A stretch of 64,000 nucleotides of DNA from Hemiscyllium ocellatum (Eukaryota): NCBI RefSeq assembly GCF_020745735.1, contig NC_083432.1:45757874-45821873 (forward strand). Direction: 5' to 3'. Both the position numbers and the translations under genes were made by a program. This document shows positions 1 to 12,860 of this stretch, piece after piece. The notes under the pieces were generated by a model. That model was not told where the DNA came from. It worked only from the letters and a program-made list of their open reading frames with translations, and did not search any database. Numbering within the stretch: the stretch's first letter is position 1; each line of letters opens with the position of its first letter.

Positions 1-79
1 TGGGTGGGTTGCGCTTCGGCGGGTCGGTGTGGACTTGTTGGGCTGAAGGGCCTGTTTCCACACTGTAAGTAATCTAATC
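1..79 (+). mobile_element. HE1-type V-SINE, 3' end (cut by window edge)
   Basis: ...GGACTTGTTGGGCTGAAGGGCCTGTTTCCACACTGTAAGTAATCTAATC, near-identical to the 3' ends of the copies at 11212, 38379 and 57032. Confidence 0.85.
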
Positions 80-80
80 A

Positions 81-413
81 TAGAACCCTGACAGTATGGA
101 AACAGGCCCAACAATCCATATCAACTCTCCAAAGAATATCCCACCCAAACCCATTCCCCTACCCAATTACTCTGCACTTATCCCTGATTAATGCACCTAA
201 CCTACACATCCCCGAACAATATGGGCAATTTTGCCTGGCCAAATCACCCTAATCTGCACATCTTTGGATTGTGGGAGGAAACCAGAGCACCCATTGGAAA
301 CCCATGTAGACATTGGGCACATGTGCAAACTCCACACAGACAATCGCCCGAGGCTGGAATTGAACCTGGTCTCTGTGAGGCAGCAGTGCTAATCACTGAG
401 CCACCGTGCTACC
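81..413 (-). mobile_element. HE1-type V-SINE, diverged, tail-to-tail with the previous copy
   Basis: Reverse complement has the tRNA-like head (GGTGGCTCAGTGATTAGCACTGCTGCCTCACAG, GGTTCAATTCC) and the core GTGGAGTTTGCACAT...GGTTTCCTCCCACAATCCAAAGATGTGCAG. Confidence 0.8.
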
Positions 414-867
414 CTTATGGCCAGCATTTGTTGCCCATTCCTAATTGCCCATAACAGCAGGTAGAAAGAATTAACCACGATCCTGACATCACATGTAGGT
501 TAGAGATGAGGTAAGGATGGTAGATGTCCTTCCCCATCTAGACTGTTGGATGACAGACACTGGTCTGATTCATCTGTACACTTTAAAATGGAGCTCCAGC
601 ACGACCATTTTCAAATCCACGGTGTCCTCCCTTAAAGTTGGATTTGCTTTCCTGAAATTTACAACTTTCAGAGAAGTATGGTTTCCCATAGGAATCAACG
701 TTAAAACCAGAATTAGGTTCCTGAGGACAACTATATGGGGAAAAGTAAATGAAAAAGTTGGAACACTGTGTCATAACTGTGCAGCATGTATTCACTGAAA
801 TAACTTGCAAAACAAAAACTTCAATGAGAAAAACAGGCTTTTTGCTTGCAGGAAATTCTTTAGAGAA

Positions 868-1830
868 AAGTGCTGGGTCCACTGCTTTTTGTCATTGATA
901 TAAATGATTTGGATGTGAACATAGAAGGTATAGTTAGTAAGTTTGCAGGTGACACCAAAATTGGAGATGTAGTGGACAGTGAAGAAGGTTACCTCAGATT
1001 ACAACAGGATCTTGATCAGATGGGCCAATGGGCTGAGGAGTGGCAGATGGAGTTTAATTCAGATAAATGCTAGATGCTGTGTTTTGCGAAAGAAATCTTA
1101 GCACGCCTTATATACTTCATGATAAAGTCTTGGGGAGTGTTGCTGTAGAAAGAGACCTTGGAGTGCAGGTTCATGGTTCCTTGAAAGTGGAGTCGCAGGT
1201 AGATAAGATAGTGAAGAAGGCGTTTGGTATGCTTTCCTTTATTCGTCAGAGCATTGAACGTAGGAGTTGGGAGGTCATGTTACAGCTGTACAGGACATTG
1301 GTTAGGCCACTTTTGAATATTGTGTGCAATTCAGGTCTCCCTCCTATCGGAAGGATGTTGTGAAATTGAAAGGTTCAGAAAAGATTTACAAGGATGCTGC
1401 CAGGGTTGGAGGATTTGAGCTATAGGGAGAGGCTGAATAGGCTGGGATTGTTTTCCCTGGACCGTCGGAGGCTGAGAGGTGACCTTATAGAGATTTATAA
1501 AATCCTGAGGGGCATGGATAGGGTAAATGGATAGGGTCTTTTCCCTGCGGTGGGGGAGTCCAGAACTAGAGGGCACAGGTTTAGGGTGAGAGGGGAAAGA
1601 TACAAGAGGGACCTAAGGGGCAAGTTTTTCACACAGAGAGGGGTGCGTGTATGGAACGAGCTGCCAGAGGAAGTGGTGGAGACTGGTACAATTACAGGAT
1701 TGAAAAGGCATCTGGATGGGTATATGAATAGGAAGGGTTTAGAGGGGTATAGGCCAAATGCTGGCAAATGGGACTAGATTAGGTTAGGATGTCTGATTGG
1801 CATGGATCAGGTTGGATCAGATGGTCTCTA
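868..1830 (+). mobile_element. CR1 LINE 3' fragment (RT C-terminus and 3' UTR), frameshifted
   Basis: Peptides LGPLLFVIDINDLD...SKFAGDTKI, ERDLGVQVH...YRTLVRPLL, GESRTRGHRF...FFTQRGVRVWNELP. Confidence 0.9.
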
Positions 1831-1897
1831 AAGCTCTGATATGCCAGTACAAGTTCCTCAACTATTATTCTTGTACTATGGAGTAAAAGGTTTTACT

Positions 1898-2091
1898 GGG
1901 CCATAAGATGCTCTCTTATTGGAGAGAGATGACTGGTGATAGTTTAACCTGAGGGTCACCATGCCTCAGGTGAGGGGAGTCCTTGAGAAGGAGAGTACGT
2001 CATGGTAAACTCAGCCAGTGTGACAGTTGAGTCAATGCTGTTGGCATCACTCTGCATCGGAAGCCAGTTGTCCAACCAACTGAGCTAACCA
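1898..2091 (-). mobile_element. tRNA-headed SINE, possibly UCON3-like central domain
   Basis: Reverse complement starts GGTTAGCTCAGTTGGTTGGA (A-box) and contains CCTCACCTGAGGCATGGTGACCCTCAGGTTAAAC; second copy at 13300-13500. Confidence 0.55.
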
Positions 2092-2580
2092 ACGTCTCAC
2101 CATGGAGCTCAGTACTGCAGAGAATACTTTTAAAGAACTATATCCAGAAGTGTACCTCTACTTGTGCTGTATAGTCCACTGACAAATTTAAAGAGCAAAA
2201 ATTCAGAAAAGATTCCCTTCAATACCTGAGCAACATAATGAGATGATCTTTGATTGCAGTGTGTAGTCACAATAACCCCAACATTTGGAGGGCAGTTAAT
2301 AGGGTTTTATTGATTATGTGCCTCAGGCACTGGTGTGATTGGCTCCATAACGTGAGGTATGACCAGAAAGTCAAAGATGCTAAAATAAGAGATGGCAGTT
2401 CTAATGAGGAGTGAGGACTTTAAAATAAACAACTCTAAATTGAAAACATGTTTTAAAAGGGAACTTAAAATAAGGGTTCCATACATTACTGAGTTTTCCC
2501 CTCTTTGTAAAGGACAGTGGATGGATTTTAATGCCAACCACCAATTGTTTCATGGTCACCATTACAAAGGCCCGTTTCTT

Positions 2581-2887
2581 TAGATTAGATTTCCTACAGT
2601 GTGGAAACAGGCCCTTCAGCCCAACAAGTCCACACTGACTCTTTGAACAGTAAACCACCCCAGATCCATTTCCCTCTGATTAATGCACCTAACACTATAG
2701 GCAATTTAGCATGGCCAATTCACCTAGCCTGCACATCTTTGGACTGTGGGAGGAAACTGGAGCACCTAGAGTAAACCCACGGGGAGAATGTGCAAATTGC
2801 ACACAGAGTCACCCAAGGCTGGAATTGAACCTGGGTCCCTGGCATTGCGAGGCAGCAGAACTAACCACTGAGCTACCGTGCCACCCT
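2581..2887 (-). mobile_element. HE1-type V-SINE
   Basis: TAGATTAGAT tail, V-domain core and tRNA-like head on the minus strand. Confidence 0.85.
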
Positions 2888-2978
2888 AGATTTCACTTTC
2901 AGGTTTTAGGAATTGAACTTAAATTCCACCAGGAATTGTCAAGCATTCACTTGGCTCTGTTGGATTACTGTTGACATG

Positions 2979-3104
2979 ATTCCTGATGAAGGACTTTTGC
3001 CCGTAATGTTTACTCTCCAGCTCCTCGGATGATGTCCGACCTGCTGTGCTTTTCCAGCACCACTCTCTCGGCTCTAATCTCCAGCATCTACAGTCCCCAC
3101 TTTC
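2979..3104 (+). mobile_element. PLE 3' end remnant with decayed hammerhead
   Basis: TTCCTGATGAAGGACTTTTGCCCGTAATG...GACCTGCTGTGCTTTTCCAGCACCAC matches the end of the PLE at 33396-33486. Confidence 0.7.
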
Positions 3105-3799
3105 ACCCTGCTGAATTATAGTCTAGGGACTCTGCCATTGCGGCACCATTAGTAATCCCATGGAAATGGGTCCTGCAACAAAAAGCATTTGAGAACCAGT
3201 GCACAAGCTCTAATTTCTCTTGGCTAGGATCTAGTGGATCCCTTCGAGGACCCTGGAGATTTTTCAGCCTGTACCTGAAAGAGTCTTCCTTTGTGAGTGA
3301 GAGAGGGAGAAGAGGACAAGGCAGGTAGCACATAAGAGAAGGAAGAATGAAAGGACAAGTCTGCACACTTAATAGAAATGAATGACAGTTTTTTTTGAAT
3401 ACCCAGCTTTTGACTGCAGAACTGTCAAACAAAACAGAACGTCTCCCCAACATTAACCAACTCTGCAAAGCAGAGAGAGTAGACTGCTTAAAAAAAAGAC
3501 TATTTGTTTTATTAGATAGAGCTAATGGCTGTTTAAGGACCTTATCCCACTTTGGTCAGAAACCTTTCCTGTAGTGGAACAATAGGGCCCACTTTATAAA
3601 CAACAAAACCGAGCATGCTGGAGGTCTGGCAGTAGTTGTGGAGAGAGAAGCAGAGTTAACATTTCAAGTTCAACATGTCTGGTCTTCCAAACCCCAAATG
3701 GCCTCTCCCAGAATGACACAGAATTTTTTTTATTCCCACCTGCAATTTCAGCAGTTTGCAGCATTCCTGAGGCCTATGAACCATTGAATATTTTAATAA

Positions 3800-4070
3800 A
3801 TGGTCAATATTGTGGACAGGGTCTCCGGGAGAGACGTGGTGGATTTTCTTTTCACACGGTGTGCTGTTGTGGTCTGGAATCTGCTGCCTGATGGAATGGG
3901 CCAGGCAGGTTCAGTAGTAACTGGGGAAAAGAAATTGAAGTATTTGAAAAGGGCGAAAATTGTACAGCTATGGAGAAGGAGCAGTGGAATAGGACACATT
4001 AGTTGGTTCTTTAAAAGAGCCATTACAGGACTGATAGACTGAATGGCCTCCATGTGTGCCATAGATTCGA
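3800..4070 (+). mobile_element. Old CR1 3' remnant
   Basis: IVDRVSGR...FLFTRCAVVVWNLLP resembles the CR1 ORF2 terminus; followed by CTGAATGGCCTCC 3' UTR motif. Confidence 0.55.
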
Positions 4071-4251
4071 TAATTCAAAATTCCCCTTTCTGCATCCTAT
4101 CAATGTACCTGAAACCCCCCCAACCTTAGCTGTACGTCTCATTGTGCTCCTGTCAGGTCTCCATCATTTTGCAGTTTCTTTTCTCTGTGTCTGACGGACA
4201 GTATTGGGTGTCCACACCCAAGCTTACTCTGTGTCCCTACACCCCTTACAG

Positions 4252-4302
4252 CCAACAAGGAGAGGAGACTTCCAGCTCATCAACCCAGAAAAACAAGCAA
4301 AG
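4252..4302 (+). other. Candidate 51-nt internal exon of an unidentified host gene
   Basis: Pyrimidine-rich CCCCTTACAG acceptor, AAG|GTGAGT consensus donor, length divisible by 3, open in all three frames, non-repetitive sequence. Confidence 0.25.
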
Positions 4303-4537
4303 GTGAGTAAACCTTCTCCAAAAGATGTCTGAATCGCAATGCCTTGTCCTCGGGTGAGAATGGGGACAGCGACCCCGTTCCTGTGGTGTGTGATCGAGGT
4401 GCTGAGGGTTATAGCTGTCCTTTGATATGACCTGCCAACAAAGCGGTTGCCTGGGTGGATCCCTGAGGCAGAAAGGGAGGTGAGAGTCTGCAAAACGCAC
4501 TGGGTCCTTGAGAACAGCCATTGACCCATTGCATCAG

Positions 4538-5070
4538 CAACTTGCATTTATATAGCGCCTTTCACGCAGTAAGAATGTGATGAGACTCCCCCAGCACTTG
4601 AGCATTATCTCACAAAATCTGGACAGGTGAGCCAAAGCTTGGTCAAATGTTTTGGGAAAGCCTGAGACAGAGAAATGTGGGGAGTGGGGGTGGGGTGGGG
4701 GGGGAAGCAATGTGAGGGGGGGAACAGAGGAGCTTTAGGGACCTTGACACCTGTTCAAAGCAAGGAACAGCCTCCAGCGGTAGAGCGGCTGACAGTGGGG
4801 AGGTGTAAGAGGTCAGGGTGGAGGAGTGCACAACTCTCGGAGGTGACAGAAACATGGAGAGCAAGACCATCAAGGGAGAATAAAACGCTTAAATGATAAT
4901 AGTGCTGGACTGAGAGTTAATGCAGGTCAGTGACAGGGTTGGTGGGTGAAAGTGACTTGGTGCAAGTGAGAATGCAGACAGTAGGGTTTCTGGAAGGTGA
5001 GTGATGGACAACCAGGAAAGTACTAGAATAATTAAGAGCATGCTTTTAGTGGTCAGCCTGGAAAGTGCTG
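4538..5070 (-). mobile_element. Old L2-like LINE 3' remnant
   Basis: CAACTTGCATTTATATAGCGCCTTTCAC is the reverse of the L2/Deu-SINE tail; followed by degenerate purine-rich body. Confidence 0.45.
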
Positions 5071-5774
5071 CAAGTGAACACTCTCTCCACATAATGACAG
5101 AAAGTAACACAAGCAAATTGCTTAAAGTACTGTTATTAAATTGACACTTGGGGGGAACATGAAGTGACTGAGGAACTGGAAAATTTTTAAGATTGACATA
5201 GCAGTCCCTTAAATGTTCCTGTGATGCAGACTGTTCAAATAGGGAGTTCACCACATTGTGTCAGAAACCGTTAGCTACTCTTGGGGAACTTATGAAATGT
5301 ATTAAGAACCTCCCCCTTTCCCGAACACAATCACAAACTTGTAAACTGCTTCAGGAATGTAGGTACAAAAGAGTGAGCCCAAGGAAAATGGTTTTATTAA
5401 GAGAGTGAACCAAGGCCTGTAAGTCACTGTGGAAGAACATTCAAATACCTGTTGGGGAAAGTTTGAGTTTGGAGGGAAGTCAGAAAAATTGTGCGTGAAT
5501 TAGAGAAAGGACAGTTATTGAATGGAAGAAATATTAGGAGAAAAGACATAGGGATAAAGAGAGAAGGTTCGATCTTTTTTGAGATCATTTGAGACCATTC
5601 TCTTTAGGAAGAATGAGGGACTCAAACATTAATATTTCTTGGGCATACAGGAACGAAACTATATAGCACGTGACTGATACTCCCGATGACTCTCAGATAG
5701 CTATTTCATCTGACAGAACACTGCGCCAATAAATCTTAGATTCGTTATTGTTTAGGATTGTTCCTGTTTACAAC

Positions 5775-6135
5775 CAATGAAATAATGAGGGGCATAGTTA
5801 GAGTTAATAGTAGTTGTCTTTTCCCTAGGATGGGAGATTTCAGGACTTGAGGAAACACTTTTCAGGTGAGAAGAGAGAGATTTTGGAGAAATATGGGGGA
5901 CACATATTTTACACAGAGGGTGGTTTGCATATGGAATAAATTCCCTGAGGAAGTGTGGATGCAAGCACAGTTACAATGTTTAAGAGACATTTGGATAAGT
6001 ACATGAGTAGGAAGGGTTTGGAGGGTTATGGGCTAGGAGCAGGCAGACAGGACGAATTTAGTTTGGTATTATATTTGGCAGGGACTGGTTGGACCAAAGG
6101 GTCTGTTTTCATGCTATATGACTCTATAACTCTAT
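5775..6135 (+). mobile_element. CR1 3' fragment
   Basis: TTTTACACAGAGGGTGGTT...TGGAAT; peptide VTMFKRHLDKYMSRKGLEGYG; TATGACTCTAT tail. Confidence 0.75.
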
Positions 6136-6480
6136 AAATGGCATATTTCTAAAAAATAACTGCATTGCTCAAACAGTTCTGTCGATGAATATGCCATCTC
6201 TCCCAACTATACCCACTGAGAACTGGACACTCTGTTAATCATTAAACAGTTCATTTTCTTCTTCAGCTGTCAGGTTGAGCATCTCATGTGGGTCTGAGTA
6301 ACTGCAGGCATGTCCCTACATAATTATGGCTCATGTGCATCTGTGTGTGCTGCTTATGTCTTTAAAACAAACAGTACCAGGAAACCTTTAACCAGTAAAC
6401 TGCAGAAAATTTTATTGAGGGAAAGTGGGTGTATTATCAAAGCAATAACTTGACAAAATGTTATAGTCACCAGATCACGT

Positions 6481-6821
6481 GGGTGGCACAGTGGCTCAGT
6501 GGTTAGCACTGCTGCCTAACAGCGCAAGGGTCCCGGGTTCGATTCTAGCCTCAGGTGACTGTGCGGAGTTTGCATGTTCTCCCATGTCTGCGTGGGTTTC
6601 CTCCAGGTTCTCATGTTTCCTCCCACAATCCAAAAATGTGCAGGTTAGGGTGGATTGGTCATATACAATTGCCCTTAGTGTTCAGGGGTAGGTTAGGTGC
6701 ATTACTCAGGGGTAAATGTAGAGTAACAGGGTTGGGGAATGGGTCTGGGTGGGTTACTTTTCGGAGGGTTGTTGTGGACGTATTGGGCTGAAGGGCCTGT
6801 TTCCACACTGTAGGGATTCTA
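6481..6821 (+). mobile_element. HE1-type V-SINE
   Basis: GGGTGGCACAGTGGCTCAGTGGTTAGCACTGCTGCC head, GGTTCGATTC B-box, V core, GGGCCTGTTTCCACACTGTAGGGATTCTA tail. Confidence 0.85.
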
Positions 6822-8384
6822 AGTTCATAACGCATCATTTGTAGAAATACTTATTGGTCAATAAACACAGTCACATAGTCATCCCACACAGTCTGTTGCT
6901 TGTAGTCAGTTACAGCACACCCAAGTTTCACTACACATGGTCAAAATCAGCATAGTCCCATCACACTGAGTTATAGTGTGCATAGCCACACCATGGAGAG
7001 TTTTACTGCACAGAGTCACATCATGAACAGTCAGCTCACACAGGGTTACAGTACACACACAGTCACATTGTGCAGAGCAGCAGTTTACACAGTGAAGCCT
7101 TGCACTGTCCCACCATGTATCTGTCAACACTGTAGAGTCACACTGTGAGCTCTCTCAATGTACAGAGTGACATCACTCAAGGTCAGACATCTCCCTGTAC
7201 AAAGCAAACTACGGAGGGACATACAGTACATGGATACACTCTTTAGCATGCACCACACAGGCTCCAACTACACTCTGTCAATGACCCTGCCTCTCCACGT
7301 AGCCTCCTTTTAGCAACAATGTGGAGTTATACAACATCACCTCCATCTCACCCCAAAAAAGAAATTAAAACAACAAATACATTCTTCAGCTTGCATTAGA
7401 ACTGCTAAAGGTCAGGGAAACTGCCTGTAAATCATTCTGTGTTCAGGGGCCTGAGTGGTGCAATGGGTTAGCAATATCACTTTCATCTTGATCACTTGGG
7501 TTTGGATCCAGTCCTAATCCACTCCACCCTTTGTAAAGGTCTTCCATGGAGTGACTTGACAGCAGTTTCAGCTTCACAAGTCTGCAGTGTTTACTCGTAA
7601 TGGTTTTGCAGTTACATTTAGGTTATTGTTTATGCATGAGTGTAAAAGATGAGGGTTGAAAATCAGTGAGTCGTGCACACTGTGGGTTTGCCCCCTGGGT
7701 AGCCTGTTCTTCCTTTTGCTAACACTTGTTCCTAGATCTGAGAGTGATTGATGTCGACACTGGAAGCAATAGAGAGGAAGAGAGAGGAACCGCCACAAGT
7801 TGAGATGGTGGATGGTGCCAAGGTATTGCTGTGAGGACATCTCAACACCATCTGTCCTGTCCGTCTGTGCACTTCATCTCTCCCTCCAAGTCTGAGCTGT
7901 GCTGTTTAGGGAAGACTGTAGTGGAGAGTACAGCTGCTAGAATGGGGACCTTCCCCAAACTACCGGGGATATCTGGAAGGTGTGTTCATCGTGGATATAG
8001 CAAATCCAGTGTTGTGTTTGCAGTAAATGTCTGTTCCACTTTTACCCAGTGCTGTTGTTTCCCTTTGGCAAACGATTTGAATGATCTGTCCTTCATGTGT
8101 AGCTCGTGATCAGCAGAGCTGAAACCAGACTGTTCCAAGCAGCGTGGTGTGATGGATGGGAGTTCCTCTTTACTCCTTTCAATCTACCTCCCATCCCTGT
8201 CATCACAGGAATGTTTGTACAAATTTGAAAACCACTGAAGAAAACATCTTTGCTTTTTTAGCTCACAATCTAGAAATGGTTTATTTTGAATAGTCTGCAC
8301 TCTGTCATTACTGCTTCCACCGAATTGCACACATACTCCTGCACCTTCCACCAGAGCTTACTTTATTTGTACCTGGGGTTTCTC

Positions 8385-8945
8385 TGGCTAGGCCCAGCAT
8401 ATATTGCCCATCCCTATTTGCCCAGACAATGGTTAGGAGTCAACCATGATGCTGTGGTTTGGAGTCACCTGTAAGGAAGATCAGGTAATGATGGCAGATT
8501 TCCTTCCCGAAAGGGCATTAGTGAACGAGGCGAGGCTTTACAGCAAGCGACAATGGTTACATGGTCCCCACATTGCTGACTTTTTATTCCAGATTTTCAC
8601 TGAATTCATGTCACCATCTGCCAGGGTGGGATTCTACCTCTTGTCCCGGAACATTAGTCTGGGGTCCTGGATTACTAAACAAAAACATGAATTGTGGATG
8701 CTGGGAGTCTGACTCAGAAACAGAAATTGCTGAAGAAACTTGGCAGGTCTGACAGTACGTGGGAAGAGACAAAGCAACATTAACATTTGGAGTCCATTTG
8801 CCCTTCTCCCCAGACTCCGAAGAAGGGTCAATGGACTGAAGACATTAATGCTGCTTTCTGTGTCCACAGATGCTGTCACACCTGCTAATGTTCTCCAGCA
8901 ATTTCTGAATCACTAGTCCAGTGACAGTACCACTGTGCCAACACC
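8385..8945 (-). mobile_element. tRNA-headed SINE (second abundant family) interrupted by a palindromic PLE-derived insert
   Basis: GGCCCAGCATATATTGCCCATCC...GAGTCAACCA...GGATTACTA|insert|CTAGTCCAGTGAC; same family at 26895, 28950 and 33855. Confidence 0.6.
8677..8908. mobile_element. Palindromic PLE-derived mini-element (two inverted 3' ends)
   Basis: Left arm CAGAAATTGCTGAAGAAAC...TTAACATTT...CCCTTCT is inverted relative to right arm AGAAGGGTCA...TTCTCCAGCAATTTCTG. Confidence 0.65.
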
Positions 8946-9050
8946 TCCCCCTGGATGTAACTGGCTTACTTGCAAGGATATCATCCCTGAGGTACCCGAC
9001 CTGATTGCTTTAACCTGTTCCCATTATTTCATATCAGCTGCAGTGTTACT

Positions 9051-9363
9051 TAGATTAGATTACTTACAGTGTGGAAACAGGCCTTTTGGCCCAACAAGTC
9101 TACACCGACCCGCCAAAGTGCAACCCACCCATACCCCTACATTTACCCCTTACCTAACACTACGGGCAATTTTAGCATGGCCAATTCACCTGACCCGCAC
9201 ATCTTTGGACTGTGGGAGGAAACCGGAGCACCCGGAGGAAACCCACGCAGACACGGGGAGAACGTGCAAACTCCACACAGTCAGTCACCTGAGGTGGGAA
9301 TTGAACCCGGGTCTCAGGCGCTGTGAGGCAGCAGTGCTAACCACTGTGCCACGTGCCACCGTG
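9051..9363 (-). mobile_element. HE1-type V-SINE, young subfamily
   Basis: Near-identical to the copies at 11212, 38379 and 57032; (GATTA)n tail. Confidence 0.9.
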
Positions 9364-9759
9364 TTAGTCATTGCATGGTCTCTCCAGGTGTCCCTAGCTG
9401 TATATTGAAGTAGGGCTCAGTGGATGTCCAAGACTGACAGTTCCCTCAATGCACTTGTTGCTTTAGCATTGTCCATTCCCGTGTCATAATGCAATTAATG
9501 AGAAAGCAATCCTCATGAAGATGGGGCAAGACTTGGAAGAGTGGGGCAGAGACACTGATCAATGGCATTCCAGGAATTGGCCCCCCCAGAGAGAGACTTC
9601 CCTCAGACAATTACAGCCTAATGCCATTCTGCTGAGAAACCTGATGAGAGGAGGCCATTCAGCCTGGTTCAACCATTCAATGCTGGCTGACCTGTTTGAT
9701 AACATTATCTACTATCCTGGTTCCCTCAGCTTTAATGTCCACATCAAAGAAAACTCGAT

Positions 9760-10140
9760 CAGTTTTAGTTCTGAAGTTCTCATTTGGCCCACAGGTTCTC
9801 ACAGTTTTTTGCAGGTGAGATTTTCCGTTTTGCCTTTGTGTGCTAAAGTGCAGCTTTACACCATCCCTGAATGGCCCCTCTTTCATTTTAAGATTTTGAC
9901 CTTTGTTCTGAACTATTCCACAGAGAAAACTGCGACCTACATCAATGACAATCCCTCCCTGAGTTGTCTATTCCTGAGAGAATTCAAGTTGAGTTTTTGC
10001 AACTTATTTCCACGGTTTAACCCTCTGGCCCCATTCTGTAGTGTATCCTCTCCAAACCAATAAAGCTTTGCTGAGAACTAAGCACAGTACATGAAATGGG
10101 ATCCAATTGGACTTCTATGAAGCTGTTGCATTACTTCCAC
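9760..10140 (-). mobile_element. Very old CR1 fragment
   Basis: Pyrimidine-rich antisense CR1 pattern (CCCTGAATGGCC...TTTTAAGATT...GAACTAAGCACAGTAC). Confidence 0.4.
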
Positions 10141-11168
10141 ACCTCTGTAATATAAGGCTTTGCTCTGTATAACAATCCCAGCCTCAAACATTCTAGTGAC
10201 ATATATAGCCTCACACACAGCATCCATGGGTGACCTTTCTCTGACCATTAGTGAAGAGGAGGTATTAAGGCCTTGAACATACATTAGTCCAGTCCATGGT
10301 ACAAAAGGTGAATGGCCATTTTCTAGACCCATTGACGGTCTCATGTCCAAGCTCATACCCTCCAGATAATTTTCAGATGTCAGAACCGCATCATTATTAA
10401 ACATTAATGCATCTCTCCCAGAATCACATTATACCTCTTTTACTCCTTTACATCACCAATCACTTCCCACCAACACAACCAGTGCAGGTTGCTGTGTGAA
10501 AACCCTGGAATGCCCTTGCTGTTTACCTTGTGGGTACCCCACACCCATGCTCTGCAGTGGTTCGAGAGGCACCACCTACCCGAGGGGCAGCTGGAGATCA
10601 ACAAGAAATACTGGCTCAGCCAGCAACACCCACATCCCACGAGCAAATAAAAAGATGGTCACTTGAAAAGAAAGAATTTTGCATCTTATCGTAAGGAAAC
10701 AATCTCACAACCCAAACAGAAAATGGAAAATCCAGGAGTGGTTTGAAAAACAGGAAACTTTCTCTTGGAAAATCCTGCTGCTTGTTTCTGTGGAGGATTT
10801 CCTACCATGCTGCGAATACTGTCTGCTGGTGTGTTCTGCATTAAATGGAGAGTCAACCTTGTCTCACACAATGAGTATTGATGAGACTTTTATAATTTCT
10901 TCCCTGTATTTCTGTTCAATTCTTTCCCCATTCAGGGGATTTGTTCCTCCTGCAGTTTGTTACCAAAAGACAATTCTAGGCAGGATACAATACTTCTTTA
11001 TACAGTGCATGGAGAATAAAGAAATAACCCAAGCTGACTCACACGATCATTATCAACCAACATATGACACTGATCCACCTGAGGAGATGGTTCTGTCAAA
11101 TGGCTGAGAGCGTGGTCAGTGAGGTTGATCATACTGAGCACTTTCAAGGGAAAAACTGAGGCAGAGAG

Positions 11169-11670
11169 GACAGAAACCGAAATTGCTGGAAAAGCTCAGC
11201 AGGTCTGAGCTGGGCGGCACTGTAGCACAGTGGTTAGCACTGCTGCCTCACAGCGCCAGAGACCCGGGTTCAATTCCCGCCTCAGGCGATTGACTGTGTG
11301 GAGTTTGCACATTCTCCCCGTGTCTGCATGGGTTTCCTCCGGGTGCTCCGGTTTCCTCCCACAATCCAAAGATGTGCGGGTCAGGTGAATTGGCCATGCT
11401 AAATTGTCCGTAGTGCAGGGGTAAATGTAGGGGTATGGGTGGGTTGCACTTTGGCGGGTCGGTGTGGACTTATTGGGCCGAAGGGCCTGTTTCCACACTG
11501 TAAGTAATCTAATCTAGTCTGGCAACATCTGTGGAGAGAAATCAAAAGAAGGGTCACTCGACCCGAAACGTTAACTCTGATTTCTCTCCACAGATGCTGC
11601 CAGGCCTGCTGAGCTTTTCCAGCAATTTCTGTTTTCGTTTCCAACTGACAGCATCCGCAGTTTTATTTCG
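11169..11670. mobile_element. Palindromic PLE-derived mini-element containing an HE1 insertion
   Basis: GAAATTGCTGGAAAAGCTCAGCAGGTCTG|HE1|GCAACATCTGTGGAGAGAAATCA is inverted relative to TGATTTCTCTCCACAGATGCTGCCAGGCCTGCTGAGCTTTTCCAGCAATTTC; flanks GAGGCAGAGAG (11158) and GAGACAGAGAG (11672). Confidence 0.7.
11212..11516 (+). mobile_element. HE1-type V-SINE, young subfamily
   Basis: Complete head, V core and (TAATC)n tail. Confidence 0.9.
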
Positions 11671-11799
11671 AGAGACAGAGAGATTGAGGAAAGTCACTCC
11701 AAAGCTTAGAACTTGGGGCAAGTGTCCCAAGCTGTCCCTGGAGGAGCGGTTAAAATCGGGAGCATATAAGTGGCTGGAATTGGAGGATTATCGAAGTCA

Positions 11800-12860
11800 C
11801 AGAATGGACTGTGGAATAAGAAACCGAGAGTAATAGCAGGTATTTTTCAGCCTGGAAGAAAGTTTGTAGTAGAGTCCCCCAGTGTTCATTATTGGGATCT
11901 TTGCCTTTCCTGGTACATACAAATGACTTGGATCTTGGTGTGCAGAGGACAATCTCAGAGTTTGTGGATGACATAGAATTTGAGAGAATTCTAAATGCTG
12001 AGGAGCACAGTGCAGAACTTGACAAGTGGACATTGACAAGTTGGTGACGTAGGCGATAGGTGGTAGGTGAAGGTCAATGGGGAGAAGTGTGAGGTGATGC
12101 ATTTTGCTACAAGGATCATGGAGACAGAATAAAATAAAAGATACTGTTCGAAAGATGTGAAGGATTAGAGAGACCCGGGTGCATATGTTCACAGGTCATT
12201 AAAGGTGAGGGGACAGGTGGAGAGAGCTTTAGTAAAACACTCAGTATTCTAAGATTCACAACTATGTGCATGGAGCATAGGAGCAGGGAGGTTATGTTGA
12301 ACCTATAGGACACTGGTTAGAACTCAACATAACTATTGTGTCCAGTTCTGGGTGCCACTCTATCGGAAAGATGTCAGTGCATTTGAGCGAGTGTGAGAGA
12401 GGCTTATAAGAACAGTTCCAGGGATGAAAAGCATCAGATTGGAGAAAGATTGGAAAAATTGGGACTTCTCCTTGGAGAGCAGAGGGCTAAAACTTTTGAT
12501 AAATTTTTTCAAAATCATGAGGAGTTTGTTCAGAACAAATGGGGAAAACCTTTTCCCACTAATAAAAGGATTAAGAACTAGAGGCACAGATTTACAGTGT
12601 TTTGGGAAAGAGTAAATGTGAGGTAAAGGAAAAGTATTTTTTTCCTACTCTGTGGGTTGTTAGGAACTGAAATGCACAGCCTGAAAGGGTGGAGATGCAA
12701 GGTTCAATCCACGCTTTCCTGAGGGTCTGGGATGATTATTTAAAAAGAAACCAAGTGTAGGGTTGTGGGGAAAGGGAGGAGATTGGCACCAAGTTAAATG
12801 CTGAGAGAGCTAGTACAGACACAATTGGCTGCATGGTCTCTTCCTGCACTGTTACAATCC
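11800..12860 (+). mobile_element. CR1 RT/3' fragment, heavily decayed
   Basis: AGTTTGTGGATGACA (FADD region), AAGTGTGAGGTGATGCATTTTG (KCEVMHF), GGACACTGGTTAGA, CAGTTCTGG. Confidence 0.8.

Noticed and set aside
6481-6560. tRNA gene
   Set aside because: A and B boxes belong to SINE heads; no complete cloverleaf
8935-9408. Recurrent ORFs such as MWKQA... and ...DCGRKPEHPEETHADTGRTCKLHT (also at 11196, 38317, 57025)
   Set aside because: Antisense translations of HE1 SINEs
9515-11107. ORFs of 182 aa and 142 aa
   Set aside because: No recognisable domain; the first overlaps an antisense CR1 relic
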